From Tubulanus polymorphus (lineage: Eukaryota > Animalia > Nemertea), in contig NC_134025.1 in NCBI RefSeq assembly GCF_964204645.1, forward strand, positions 29,120,299 to 29,184,298: a stretch of DNA of 64,000 nucleotides, given 5' to 3'. Every line of letters starts with the position of its first letter. Within the stretch, counting starts at the first letter, position 1. A model generated the notes under the pieces. That model saw nothing but the letters and a program-made list of their open reading frames with translations. It did no database searches and had not been told where the DNA came from. This document shows positions 12,993 to 26,296 of the stretch, piece after piece. Made by a program: the position numbers and the translations under genes.

Positions 12993-13930
12993 ATGCATGA
13001 GTATATATCTGAGCCGTACATATCATCTGATAGGTCTGAACGATTCGATTATGAGGTAAAAATGAACTAAACAGCAGTAAAAAATGACAATAATCTATAT
13101 TTAGTGACTTACACTCATTTGATGCAGTGAAATCATTCATCCCTTGAACCCCTAAGACGTATCTTAACATTCTGTATAATACCCGTCCGTGGGTACATTT
13201 ATATCCTTCTCTCCACACTATAGTAAAGTGAATGAATGATCCTCGACCTATAGCCATACATCTGAACACATTAAAACAACATGTTAATTAGAGTCGTTTT
13301 AATTTTAGAAGTAAAAGGGATTTGCAGTTAAAACAACGACTGTAGGACATCTTTTCTAACTGGTGACATAATACATGTACATAACATACAATAAAACTGA
13401 TGCACTCCAGCGTGGTGAATTTATGCATCTTATTCACAATGGAGTTATTTCTTAAGCTCTCGTAAATACTTTTTTATTAGAAAGAAATTTCAAAATTAAA
13501 CTGATGACGTGAGAATGTAGTTATGCATCAGACACACGTTATGTATGTTATGTGATTTGTAATTTCATATCGTCATATCTCATAGAAATCTCTAAAACGA
13601 AAGGTACATCGATGTACATAAATCAATATTAGGCTGATGTGTACGTACACTTCACTGCTCATGCCCTCCATGTATGGACCGGTATGAACCGATGGATCTC
13701 TGGGAACAAATGTAACGCAGCCATCTGATTGATCGGTGATAAGTTGAAAATATGGCATCATTTCGTTTTTTACATGTTCTGAAAATGGTGAATATGATTA
13801 TAAAGAATGGTGATAGTAAAACTTGAGTAAACGCCTTTTTCAACAAAACTATGTTTGGTCTACCTTATGCTGGCGCGATGGTTGTCGTACGTAAGTCAAG
13901 GCGTTCATTTCTAATAAACCAACCCAAGAA

Positions 13931-14075
13931 CAGGGCCGTATTTACCGGAGGCAGTTGGAAAAGGGCCCTTTTTGAAAATATTGTTGTTATATCCTATAGA
14001 AATGCCCTTTTTCGGGTTTCTCTGCTCCCCCCCCCCCAAAAAAAAAATAAAGTTCAAATTCTAGGTACGGCCCTG
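13931..14075. mobile_element. Non-autonomous DNA transposon (MITE) with CAGGGCCGTA terminal inverted repeats
   Basis: cagggccgta...tacggccctg forms a perfect 10-bp TIR. Internal poly-C/poly-A tract. aagaa flanks both sides (possible TSD). Confidence 0.65.
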
Positions 14076-14331
14076 AAGAATTAAGGTAAAATGCTTTCGC
14101 GCAACTGCCTCCACTAAAAAGCCTTTCCAAAACATGTCAAATTGTATTTTTGGATACGCATTTTAAACTGTACAGAATTTATTGTACGTCATACATTACC
14201 GGGTTCGTACCAGCTCCACTGATACGGAATTACACCATTTTCCCAATGAAAAGCAGCCTGGAATAAATAACTGCATGTACACCATTCACATCATAACCTT
14301 TAATAAGATTATCGGTAAAAACTATACAATT

Positions 14332-14437
14332 CTGGACCCAGTTCCACAGTATGGGTTAAAGTTAACTCTGAACTAAAATCAGTTCATTCTCAATATTTAA
14401 ACTGCGCAGTCAAAACTAACTGTGGAATTGGGTTCAG
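14332..14437. mobile_element. Short MITE-like hairpin element
   Basis: ctggacccagttccacagt ... actgtggaattgggttcag is a 17/19 inverted match. Confidence 0.6.
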
Positions 14438-15750
14438 TGATTTATGATTCGTTTTTTTACTTACGGTAATGGATGATAAATATCCAAAAAACAATAAAGC
14501 AACTACGAATAACGCATTCATTTTGGCACGAGGTATGGTATCTATTTATTCTCAAATTATTTAGTTTGTCGTTTATATACATATTTGAAATAGCATATTA
14601 TTTATTCATAAAACGTTGTTAAACATGTCAAGATATCAAACATGAACGTATGATAAATGCACCAGAATGCTAATACAACCATCATCAAAGCGCGAACGCG
14701 ACTCTATTGGAAAAAATCAACGCCTCCTTTATGATGAGCGACATTATCATATGAAAATTACTTTCGCAGAGTATGGACACCAACCTGACACCAATCTAAC
14801 CGAGGTTCTGAGTAGCTACTTATTTCTAACCACTTGGTAAATGTTTTACGATAAATAAAAAGTCGTTTGTAAACAAGTAATTTCAGTAAGCACTGCTGTT
14901 GCCCTAGATTGATAGGGGAATACCGTTTCCACGTATAGGTAGACTCGTACGTCGTATGGAGACTATTGTCGTCATGATCTCCTGGCCTAGACATGTTCCA
15001 CTCACGAGAAAATACCCACGTGGTTTGCAACGTCTTTTTACATGCACCAGAAAACCTTGACATTGGTAGCTTCGAAACGATGCAATTATTCGGGTAAGAG
15101 GAAACATTTTCAACTGCATATTGCTGCATTCGCGCTTATGCATTCATAACTAATATGTCTCATTCTAAATCTCCAATTTGAACTTATCGCACTAAAGGGA
15201 CGCACAATTCTATTGATTTCTTGATTGTAAGTTTCTCCCTTGGCATGATTCTATCATTCTATCATTGCAAGTATAGCCATATGATAGGAAAAATGTGTGC
15301 AATTCAATCTACAATATAGGCCATGATAAAGTGGCAGTTTTTGTTAAAATACAAATCTTGCCGGACCTATTCAGTTAGTGTGCATTATACACATAATTGC
15401 TTTATTCCAGTATAGGTCGTGATTCTATAAAACAGGCTATACACGGCGCCGTATTTGTTTATGCACGATCCCGAATAGATTGAATAATTTTTTCGTGTAT
15501 TTATATATGATTGATGTGAATTCTTATCGCTCACTAGAGTTGTATTATTTCAACAAAGCAGCAGGAACTTCTGCGAAGTATATCCAGGTGTCATATTCTT
15601 CCTACTAATTCGAAATGACAGGTTTTCAAAATAATTTCAAAACCTTTTTTCGGTCCGTTCTGAATGTTTTCCTCAGCAAAAATAATCGTATAGTATAAAT
15701 CATCATCATAGTTCGGTTTTTATGGCAATTTATATCGTTCGATTGCAGGA

Positions 15751-18327
15751 ATGATGCTGAATAATCTCTCTCGTGTATCACTGGTTACTGTCACCCTTGT
15801 TTACGCCGTTACCGGTGCTGTTCGATTCCATCCCGAACCAAATTGGTTTCCGTATGACCGGGAAAATGGCGAAGACGCTGTTCTCGAATGTCGCATCCAA
15901 CCAGATACTGCCGAGTATGCGGTGTATTGGGATAAAGATGCACAACGATTGAATAACAGTGACCAGTATCCTTTCTTCGTATTTGCCATAAAGCTATAGC
16001 TAGCATCGACTTTAATTTTGTTGTATAGAATGCAGCATTTTCCCTAATTTTTGAATAGCTATAACATCGAGGAGAGAGGCCAAAAATTAACGATATATTT
16101 GCTCAAGGAAGCGGACACTGGTAATTATAGTTGTGCAGTAATGGACAAACGTGGAGATGTTCTTCTCGCTTCATCAGCGTTCATTAGAGTTCAATGTAAG
16201 TAGTTGCATTCGATTAGATTTGACTGAACTGTGAAGAGCCTGATAATGATGACCATGCTCGTAAAATTTCGATTGCATTTGCAGCCCGTACTTTAATCAC
16301 GGCTCCCGCCATTACTGACATGAAATATCCGGTTGTCTTTGTCAAACCCGGTGATGATGTGAACGTATCTTGCACAGTAAACTCGGGGAAGGATTTGTTT
16401 GGCGTAAGTTGTCGTAAGGATCTGTTGTCTAAATGTTCTGATTTTTGGGAGAATATACAACCAAAGTAAAGTAACAGAACCCATGAAATCAAATATGGCT
16501 CAGAACTGACTTGGGGCTATTTTCCAATGAAGGTTTCTATGTCGTTCATTAAAACCAGCTGGTACCCGGTTTGATTCTGCTGCAATTGATATTTAGTCAT
16601 ACATTTTGAAATGAAGTTAAAATCATGTTGACATTGCAGCTGACAGTAAAGTGGATGAGATATGGTATCTATCTACGTGATAAACAAGGCAAATATTTCA
16701 ATTTCGATCGACAACTTCAGAGAAATGATGCATGGGACCGACATCAATACTTAACAATTAACAATATATCCGTACGTTTTACTTGCTTAGTTTCTTGTTT
16801 CACTAATTCTTACATTTTCGAACATTTCACAATTCCACGCAAATCTTATGCAGGCTGAGGACCTCGGTTTGTATACGTGTTACGCGTATAACCCGTTTGG
16901 ACGAGATAACCGAACACTGGAACTAAGGTGGAAACAAGAAAAAGAAGAAGGTGAAAGACGAACACATCGACATAAAACGATACGTATAGTTGGTAATTCG
17001 TAAAATAATGTTAAAACTTTTCATTTTACTGTTCTAGTGTCATTGTTCCCATGGTACGGTATAGTGGCAGCGTCGATTGGGGGAGTCATGTTTATTGCGG
17101 TGATAATAATAGCGATAGCGAAAGCTGTAATTCGTAAAAGACCTCTGGAACCATGGTTGGATGTTGAAAATTACCACGGTACGAGAGTTGATCGATACTA
17201 CCATTGCTAACGTTAACTTTGGCCAATTCTGGCGAAGAATTTTGACGATTGCGTATGCTTTGTAAATCAGGTTTTGATGGCGAAGTTATCTACGACGTGT
17301 TTATATCGTACAGTAAAGCTGATTTAGATTGGGTCAAAGATGAACTTTACAGCAAGCTTGACGCTAATGGTTATGAGGTTTGCGTTGACTTCAAAGATTT
17401 TCTGCCAGGTAATCATTTGTCCAAATGTTCCATTTCCATAATCATGTTAGACTTTGAGTGTAGCATTTTAAATGACCTCATCAGTCAAACCATGGACTCG
17501 TTGTAAAAACGTTGTATATAGTCCATCGTCAAACTTGATCGATATTAGTTGAACTGGACCCTGTTGAATATCCACTGTTGAATTTCATTCTTTATCTAGG
17601 CTCGTCAATCACGACAAATATTGTAGAATGTATCAACAAGAGTCGGCGAACTGTTGTCGTCATGTCAAATAACTTTCTCAAATCGGGATGGGGAATTTTC
17701 GAAATGGAACAAGCTCATATCAAACTCATAACACAGGTATAAATTATTATTTTTTAGAATAGCTTCATTCCAGTCTTTAGTCTAGATTGATAAACAGTTG
17801 TTATTTTCAGCGAAAGGACGTTTTATTGATTGTGAAATTAGACGATTGTAAAATACCATCGAAGTTGTTGGGTAAAACATATCTAGATTGGATGGATGTA
17901 AATGTTAAAGAAAATTTCTGGAAGCGACTTTACAGCGCCATTGATAAACCAGATATTCCGAAGGTAGATACCGAGTCGTCTGTGATGTTTTATTTAACTG
18001 TTAAATCCTTCTGGACGAAACTTGTAGGTTGAATGATTAATGGTTAGAATGAGCTCAGCGTTTATCGATGTTCTTAAGACTTTGAAAGATTTGATAAACA
18101 GTTGATTCTATATTGTCTAACTGGTACTTTCATTTTCGTCAAAGCTCACAGAACAAAATGACAACAACCACAATGATAATTGTGATAAAGAATGTTGCGA
18201 AGAGAATAAAGTGGGCAGCGGCAATACTGACGATCTGGCAGCCGTTCAACGAACAAAACGACCGTGTTTGCCTCAGTTTAGACGTCGTAGTGATCACGAG
18301 CAACTGCTAGCTGATTGTAAATATTAA
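15751..18327 (+). CDS. IL-1 receptor-like Ig-Ig-TM-TIR receptor (~483 aa, 10 coding exons)
   Basis: Exons 15751-15965, 16059-16195, 16285-16403, 16640-16771, 16854-16950, 17038-17178, 17271-17408, 17600-17736, 17811-17963 and 18145-18327 join in frame. Signal peptide; Ig1 (LEC...W...DTGNYSC); Ig2 (VSC...W...DLGLYTC); TM (WYGIVAASIGGVMFIAVIIIAIA-K..RKR); TIR (YDVFISYS, DFLPG, SRRTVVVMSNNFLKSGWGIFE, YLDW, FWKRL). The last-exon acceptor (aag) is less certain. Confidence 0.9.
15966..16058 (+). other. U12-type (minor spliceosome) GT-AG intron in the Ig-TIR gene
   Basis: The 5' splice site GTATCCTTT is the U12 consensus. A branch-like TTTCCCTAAT lies ~11 nt before the AG, with no long polypyrimidine tract. 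This phase-2 donor keeps the Ig frame; the nearby U2-like GTGACC donor runs into a stop. Confidence 0.8.
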
Positions 18328-18883
18328 GTTATACCGAACATTGTGTATTTCATGGCAGCGACAGTTTCAAGAGAAATTTGTTTCATCCAATTTTGTTACA
18401 GCGTTACAGCATAATAAGCTTATGATACCACCGTGACATTTAGCCAGATAGAGTTTATATACGTGTACTTACTTTAATATAGTATAATATCATATTTCGC
18501 TTTTCAATGATTTGTAGATAGTGGATTTTATATAAGAAGTAAGCTCCCATTGTTATTCTACTATTACCGTAGAAGTAGTTATTTACTTTCATATGTAATA
18601 ATACACTGAAAACATTTTGTACTTACCGATAATGTGTATATATTTATAGATATAAAATAAAAGCAGCATATATATATTTCTTTACAAGTGAAGTTTTATT
18701 ATGAAAATTGTTTTATTCAAACAATTAAGATTTTACTGAAAGGGTGGAGATGAGTTATCATAGTATGAATGGCTTCATTAGAGAGAAAGGCGGTTGTCAG
18801 CCTACGACAATCTATATGGAAATATTCAAATAAACTTTTTTTCAAAACTTCTTCATTCGCTTTTTGATGGATCAAGACGGTAT

Positions 18884-19111
18884 TCAACACATTGGTGCTC
18901 CTTCCATTGCTCTTTCTGCGCAGATTAATGGCAGCATCATCGCATCGTGTATGCCATCAACCAACCCAACACACGGTCCACAACAAGCTTTTAATGGTGA
19001 CAAAATCACGAAGAATATTGACATCAGCAATGCGACAGGCCATGCAAATAGTACTAATACAATGAACCACATTGCCGACCAGCACCACGAGCAAGTTTCC
19101 TCGCAACACAT
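18884..19111 (-). CDS. Small (75 aa) Cys-rich membrane protein, uncharacterised
   Basis: ATG in aaaATG context follows an acceptor (ttttttctag) at ~19125, with a candidate 5'UTR donor at ~19851. Long hydrophobic segment broken by WP, plus CC/CxxC clusters. PolyA-type AATAAA on the - strand at ~18695-18717. Confidence 0.7.
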   Translation of the reverse strand: MCCEETCSWCWSAMWFIVLVLFAWPVALLMSIFFVILSPLKACCGPCVGLVDGIHDAMMLPLICAERAMEGAPMC

Positions 19112-20691
19112 TTTCTTTCAAGTGCTAGAAAAAATGAATTATTTGAAAGCATAAACTATACAAATAAAGTACAAGCTTTTGTGCGTCACTAAGGGGTTTT
19201 TCACTAGGAATTGCTTTTTAACAATGATGCAGCTGGGCGGATCCAAGCTTCCACTGTATTTCATAATATAGTCAAAAGAATGTGATTAACATATATATAT
19301 TTACTAGAGGTACCAAATCTAACAGGTCCAGAATGCCTTTGAATACAAGGAAAACGAGTCATTCTCAAATTTTTCTTGGGGAGGAACCCCCAAACCCCCT
19401 TAATGAGCTTCGCCGCCGGCATACCGGAATACAATCAAATTCACCGCCCTGATCCGATGGTTCATTATTTCGATTTAATTATGATATCATCCACTCATTG
19501 TTATGAATATTTGACCTCGGAACTTTAGACTTAATCGGGGTCTACATTTAGTAGGAAGAGTGATCATCACGGCTTTGACGTGTATTATCACCTACATTCG
19601 TTAATCTAATCTGATTTTCAGTGAGTGGACAAAAAAGTACACAACAATCACAACGTGTCATGTGTCATATTTACGCATTACGCATTTGAAAACTTGTGAA
19701 AAAATGATGATAACTGTTGTTTAACGCACATATGCTTGATTCCGCATGATTTTGCAATGGCTGACAATCTCACGAAACTACGCGTTAGATTAGTTAAAAA
19801 TTGAAATTCTATGACGTACGTAACTAATCATTTGTATCGACTTCAACTTACATTTTAAAAACTAATATTCCTCATTTTTCTGTGTAGGACGAATTTCAGT
19901 GTCCCTCGTTCTGCCACTGGTTAGTTTATGAAATACCCGAGAACAACTGACTTGTCAAACTATCCCAAGAATTAGGGTCTATTTGTTTTTCTATCAATAG
20001 CGCTTTCTTTCAAACATTTGCGTTCACAAGAAAAACTATTTAGAGTTGACTCGTCGAGTAAGCCTTGTTTAACGAGTAAATATTTCACTTGTGTTCGAAA
20101 ATGCTGCTCCTGTTTAATACGTATGTCGACTTGGAAGAATTTGTGAAAGAGAAAATAAAAGAGATAAACTAACTATTCGTTAAGTTTTAATCGAAAACTT
20201 TCAATTTACAAAATTAATGCAGTGATTTTGAATATATCGAACAATTTGTATCGAGATATCAGTAATAATTTACTAATCGTCATTGGTTTCTGTCGGACAT
20301 TACATACCCATTACGTATTAATTTCGTGTAACCTATAAACTATAGTAACAACTACATTATCCCGTATATATTCGTTTAGTAAGGTTTCTAATTAATCCTA
20401 GTCTCCGGGTTGTAATAGCCTCGATAATCAGTTCAAGTGTATCTGGGACAAGTGATGATAAAGATTAGCGTAATAAATATATTTGGAGCAACGATAATAG
20501 ATAATACCGTATGAAATCTGATATAATCTGTATATTTGTGATAAATATGTGTATAAATGCTGCTTGAATTGCACCAATTATGTCGGAATAATGAGGTCTG
20601 GCTGCTTGATAGTAGACTGTCTGATACTCACTGAACTTTCAACAGCCAGACAGAAAGCAGCTTCGTGTACTGTGAACAAGCATCGCGAAAT

Positions 20692-21384
20692 ATGGAGAAG
20701 TATGAAGGAAAATGGAAGTTGGAGGAGAGCAATGGATTTGACGAATTCATGGAAGCTCTAAGTAAGTTTAAATTGAATTCCTTGAGTTGCGTCAGATCAA
20801 AGACAGCTCATTAAGTTGCTTGTGGCGTTGCCTTGAGTGAATATTTCTTGTTGCTTTTCGCCCAGATGTAAGTGCTCCCCTGAGAAAGTTAGCAAGTTTG
20901 TCGAAACCGAAACAATTCATTGAGCAGAAAGATGGCGGTCTTTATATCAAAACTACGACCTCATTTAAGAATACTGAGTTATTCTTCAAGTTGGGCGAAG
21001 AGTTCGAGGAGAAAACTGGTGATGGAAGAACAGTTAAGGTAATTTTAACAATTTAAGAAAAAAGGTAAACTACACATATCATATGTATCTAATTGCCATT
21101 AAATTCTGTTAGACGACGATAAACCTGGATGATGAAGGTCGACTTGTTCAAATCCAGCCTGGGACTCCTGAAGTGAGCATCACTCGAGAAATCAAGGACG
21201 AGAAATATGTCATGGTAGGTACCCTCTACATTGTCGACCATACCATTTCTACCACGCTATGGTAGGGCAGAGGTGCGCTTAGATTTATCTTTGACCGATT
21301 GCTAACCCCGTGTGTTTTGTATTTCAGACGCTGGTATGCGGAGATGTCACTTGTACGAGAATATACAAACGCCATGAAAAATAA
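20692..21384 (+). CDS. FABP: Fatty acid-binding protein (intracellular lipid-binding protein family)
   Basis: Four exons (20692-20761, 20866-21038, 21113-21214, 21328-21384) with the canonical FABP intron pattern. Motifs GKWKLEESNGFDEFMEAL, FKLGEEFEEKTGDGR and CTRIYKR. Confidence 0.95.
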
Positions 21385-22027
21385 TTCACGATTACTCGGC
21401 CGCCAAATGTGTACATGTATTGGAAGTGAATCATCGGATATTTTTTGTACTGTCTAGGCCTAGTCGTTATATTAAGTAGTACTGTAGGGATAAAAATTAG
21501 GCAAATAAATGGAAAATACGATACACGTTAAGTTAGTACAAAAAATACCAGTTTTGTTTATTTTTGTCAGTGCTTTTCGTCGTTCGGATCTTATTGCATT
21601 TCACATTTTATTTGGTTTATCATTTGTTGGTGGCGTGGACTGTTGAGAAACTGCATCGAGTTAGAGATCGATTCTTATCCAATCTCTTTACTTTTGCCAA
21701 AGTCAACGTGGCCCTAGCTCCTCGTCGTCTCACTCGAGAAAAGATCCATCGTAATATGTAGGATTCGACCCTAACTGTGTTGAATCTGAAACCGTACGGT
21801 ATCCAATCACGCAGCACGTTTCTCGTGAGTATGTCTGATTGGCTGTTTATTGGGCGTGGTCGAACTGGCGCGAATTTGTATTGAATTGAATTGAATTGCT
21901 ATTGCAAGGTTGTGTGGAGAAACCAGGAAATTAGTTTTGGAAGTAAAAATAGATTAATAAAATTCAATGCAACCTGATATTTTATCATTTTCGCAAAGTT
22001 ATACTCGGCGAAAGTTCAATTTTTAAG

Positions 22028-25003
22028 ATGATAGCTGAGATATTTTGTATATCGAGCACTCAGGAAGTGATTTTCTATAAGAAATGTATCCTTTCATGAA
22101 TTAAATTCAATTTATTTTTAGTAAGTAGTGTTTGACATTTGACATTGACAAGACAAGAAAGAAGGCCGGGCAAGGCACAAGCATCACTAGGCACTACTTA
22201 CTAATATTACAATGTAATCAGTTACCTGTCTGTGGTTTAGTTTCACCATCGGATATTTTAACAAACCACAACGTTGGTGTAAGCCCATCCGATTATCAGA
22301 TTAATATACAAAACTTACCACCAACGATTAGTTAACTAACTAAAATGCGGACTAAGCAGCTGAGGACTTCACCATGGATAAGACCGGGTTTCCTTGTACA
22401 CTTAAAATCCTTAATTCAGTGCAATTAGATGAGCATGATACCATACCACATAACAAGTCAATAGACATTTTCTGTTCAAGAATAGCCGAAAGTCGAAATC
22501 AAGAAATTTTGCCAACCATTGTAAGTTTACACCAAGGGCAAGGACGCGAGGAGTTAGAGGGTTATCCTGGACTCACACCCATCATTATTCAGAATTACTT
22601 TGCAGATTCATCTTTTTTTTAATGATGTAACTGTGTTTAATTGCAGCAAGATGATGGAATATATTACTATCACATACTGAGAGGAAATCTATATTTCGTA
22701 GCTTCGAGTACCGCCACAGTATCTGCATCTATACAAGTATTGGAAATTTTAGTCAGGTTTGCGTTTTTAACTGTGGCTGTACAAATTCTAATAGGGTCAG
22801 TTCAACGTTTGTGAATCAAGATTTCAGTTGACTAATTCACGTAATAGATCCAATGGACTAATCTAACTGTAGACCAAGTTGTGCCAAGATCTATGGAACA
22901 CGGGTCAAGATCTTGCAACATGTTAGTTATGTGCGTTAAGTCCTGTGAAGTCGTCTATTCATATATCAAAATATAAAGTTACATCATCTCATTTCAGATT
23001 ATATCAGTTGTGTAAAGATTTCTGCGGTATGGTCACCGAAGATGGTCTTCAAAGTAACATATTATTGATTCATGAATTACTGAATGAGTTTATTGTAAGT
23101 TAGTTAACACCATTCACTCATTTCATTAATCGTGTAGCTGTCAATTATTTGCCTGTACTCTCCACCGCCTCAGACAAACCACTTCCAGCTACTTCATGTA
23201 GGCCTACTGGATAGTTTCATTCGCATTTCGATCTAATACATATTTTATAGTCCTAAATGCGTAGAATCAAACATGATGTTTTATGTTTGTGTACCACCAG
23301 TTAAATTCAAGAAAATGGTCGCATTTATTTCAATGTACACATACTGTAATAGATTTATTTATTACAGTGCGACGGCTATGTTCAACTGGCTGTAACAGAG
23401 AAACTACGTCAGTACATACTCACTAACCCTGTTACTGTGAAGGCTAAAACACCTGATAACCTATCGAGTGGTCTCGTAAGTGTGCGGTTAAAAGTGGTCA
23501 CGTTTTCGAATGTTTAAACGACCAAAATTGGAAACGGAAATTCTGTTTCAGTTTGGTGTAGAATACAAAAACGTTTCCGAGAATACTCACGAAAAACCAG
23601 TCGTGCAACCCAGAACCCAACAAGTACGTATGTCCTATCAATTAATGCTGTGTATGTTTTGTTGTTTCAATTCAATGAAATGTCGGTATTCTTCTGTATT
23701 TCTCCACAGGAACAAAGGAAAAGTGAAGTATTTGTTGATGTCATCGAAAGGCTTACCGTTCTCATAGATAACAAGGTATTGACACGAGTATTCCGATGCA
23801 TCTTTTTGCAAAACTTAATTCTTCTCTAATCGCGCTTAGTGTTTATCTTCAGGGTCAAGTTGCTAGGAACGAAATTCATGGGAAGATAAATCTGAAGTGT
23901 TTTTTGTTGGGTACTCCAACCGTTTTGCTTGGTTTGAATAGTGATCTCACCGTTGGTAGAACCAATATTCCAGGTATCGATGAAATGAAGCTTAGTCTGT
24001 CCAGTAAGCTGTTGTATCGAAATACTTTATGAATAGTTCTATTTGTAGGTTATGGTCCAAATGTTCACATCACGAACTATAGTTTTCACGACTGCGTAAA
24101 AACTGATCTGTTTGAAGAGAAGAAAATCCTTACAATCCACCCACCGCAGGGGGAGGTACTGAAATCATTCATTTTCATAGAGTCGTGTCTAATGTGAAAC
24201 AATAGCTGGTGAAGGCAAGGTATACGTACTTGTACTGAATATGTTCATTTATTAGTTTTGTAGTATGAACTATAGTCACCAGGGGGAGCTTTCTGGGGGT
24301 TTACCCTTCATATTGCTTCATCACCTCAATCAAAATAATGACAAGTGAGTATCAAGCCTTTTACTGTCATTATGCATGCAAGTACCGTACATAGTGTAAC
24401 CGGGATACACGATTTATAATTGCAGGGAGTTTGAATTATCGTTGAATCTCAAGAGTAACATACCAACTAGATCTCAAGCAATCAAGATTAGATTAACCAT
24501 TCCAGTTCCAGCATCTTCAACTAGGTACTAACCCTTATGTTTCATAGTAAATCATTAGGAAACAGGGCTAGTGAAACTGTCAGTCCTCCCTAAGTATCTG
24601 CTTTATGTTCCAGTGTATCGCATCAGTTCAATGGACCCGGTCAGAAATTTATTTTTTCTTCTAAAGACAAGAAAATGGTCTGGGAAATCAAAAAGTTAAA
24701 TGGAGGGATGGAAATTGGGGCAAGATTTAAGGTAAGAATCATGATTAAATATTTTTCCTTTGCCTTTTTGTTGAATGATTTTCCAACTCATTTTGTCATT
24801 CATTTTAGATCGTTACTTCAGGGGAGAATGCCAGTTTGATGGATGTTGGACCTGTTACGATGGATTTTGAAATATCTGGATTCGTTTGCACCAATTTACA
24901 AGTTCGTTTCTTACAAGTGCAAGATCAAGGAAAATTGTTTATGCCTTTCCAGTGGGTTAGATATATCACAATCCCGGACTCTTATACTTTCAAGATTACG
25001 TGA
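22028..25003 (+). CDS. AP4M1: AP-4 adaptor complex subunit mu-1 (13 coding exons)
   Basis: In-frame exon chain with mu-adaptin motifs KDFCGMVTED..NILLIHELLNE, GYVQ, EVFVDVIERLTVLI, SFHDCV...HPPQGE, VWEIKKLNGG and WVRYIT..DSY. The N-terminus MIAEIFCISS and these motifs fit mu4 best. Confidence 0.88.
22086..22428 (+). other. U12-type GT-AG intron (first coding intron of AP4M1)
   Basis: Donor GTATCCTTT at 22086. Branch site TCCTTAAT at 22408-22415, ~14 nt upstream of the AG. Phase-1 junction keeps the frame. Confidence 0.88.
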
Positions 25004-26296
25004 GGTGGCATATTTGATTTTTGTGTTGACTCTTTACTTGAAGAATATGTGAGGCGTTTAGTTTGACCTTTGTCAACTTCCACATTTCAAAAGGATTTGT
25101 GTCTCAGATTCTCAGTACTGTGATAGTGTGTATAGGGTGTTAATGTGCAATCATAGTCTCTGTATAAATATGTAATATTGAGTGTAGAATAAAACTATTT
25201 GTTTTTTTTCCTTTGCTTGAAAGCAATTGTGTTTCGTCCAGTCGTTTTTGGTCCAGAAGACTGACTCTAGTAGCGGTAGTGAGCGATTTATTAGTCAATT
25301 TCACGCAACAATATCAAATCACAACACTTATTCTCATCAGATGAGTTTAGATTGGGAATCGCTGGTAGACAGGAACTTTGATTGGGACTTCAACTGCCCA
25401 ATGATAGAGAATAGAAATAGTAATTATCATATGAAGACTCGGTGAAAATCGATCAAATAAGTTGATTGATAAGTCGCGATATGAAACCGTCCATAGAGGG
25501 GCATACACCAACGCACGTAACTCGCTTTTTTATACACTTCTACTATGGATAAAGTACCTACTTATAGTAGTGGGGTCAAAATCTTTTGTTGTCAGGCCCC
25601 TGTAAATAATTTTGATATCTTAGATTAAGGCGCCTAGATTAATTCTAAACCGCTGAATTTAATGATATATATTTCAATAAAAACTTATTGAATTCGGTTT
25701 TAGTGATGGAATATAATTTTATTGAATTGGAAATTGAATATAATTTATTTATTTACCGGTTCAACTCATCTCTGTGAATTTGAAGAGGTGATGCGCATTG
25801 TGAGTTGATTATTTTAAGAATTCCGATAGAAATTGAGGTATTATTGCGATTATTTGTCTGTAACGTAATTTCAAACGTTGGAGCTGTGTTTAATCGAAAA
25901 ATAGACTGTTGATCAGCAAATCAATTAAATTCATTTTATTTTCAGGTATTCCGTAGCCCTATATATCAGTGATAATTCATATTTCGCCATCCACTCACGT
26001 CCTGTGGTATTTCCTCTAAAAAGGAAATAAACTAAATAAGAATGTTATTAAGGACACCTTAACTAAGTCGCTTCAAACAAATATTTCGTTTGGTAAAATC
26101 TTAAGAGAAATGCATTTTTATCAACTCACTATTTTAGTGGGATTCGAAAATGCGCAATGGCGCGCGTGATTTGAGCGGGAAATTGAACTTTCGCTTTCGT
26201 CCAAAATGATACTCTTTATTTTAAGCAAAAATGTGCAATAGAAATGTATATAGTCAAATTTGTTTTGATGGAAGTATAGATTAGTGCTGGTACAAA

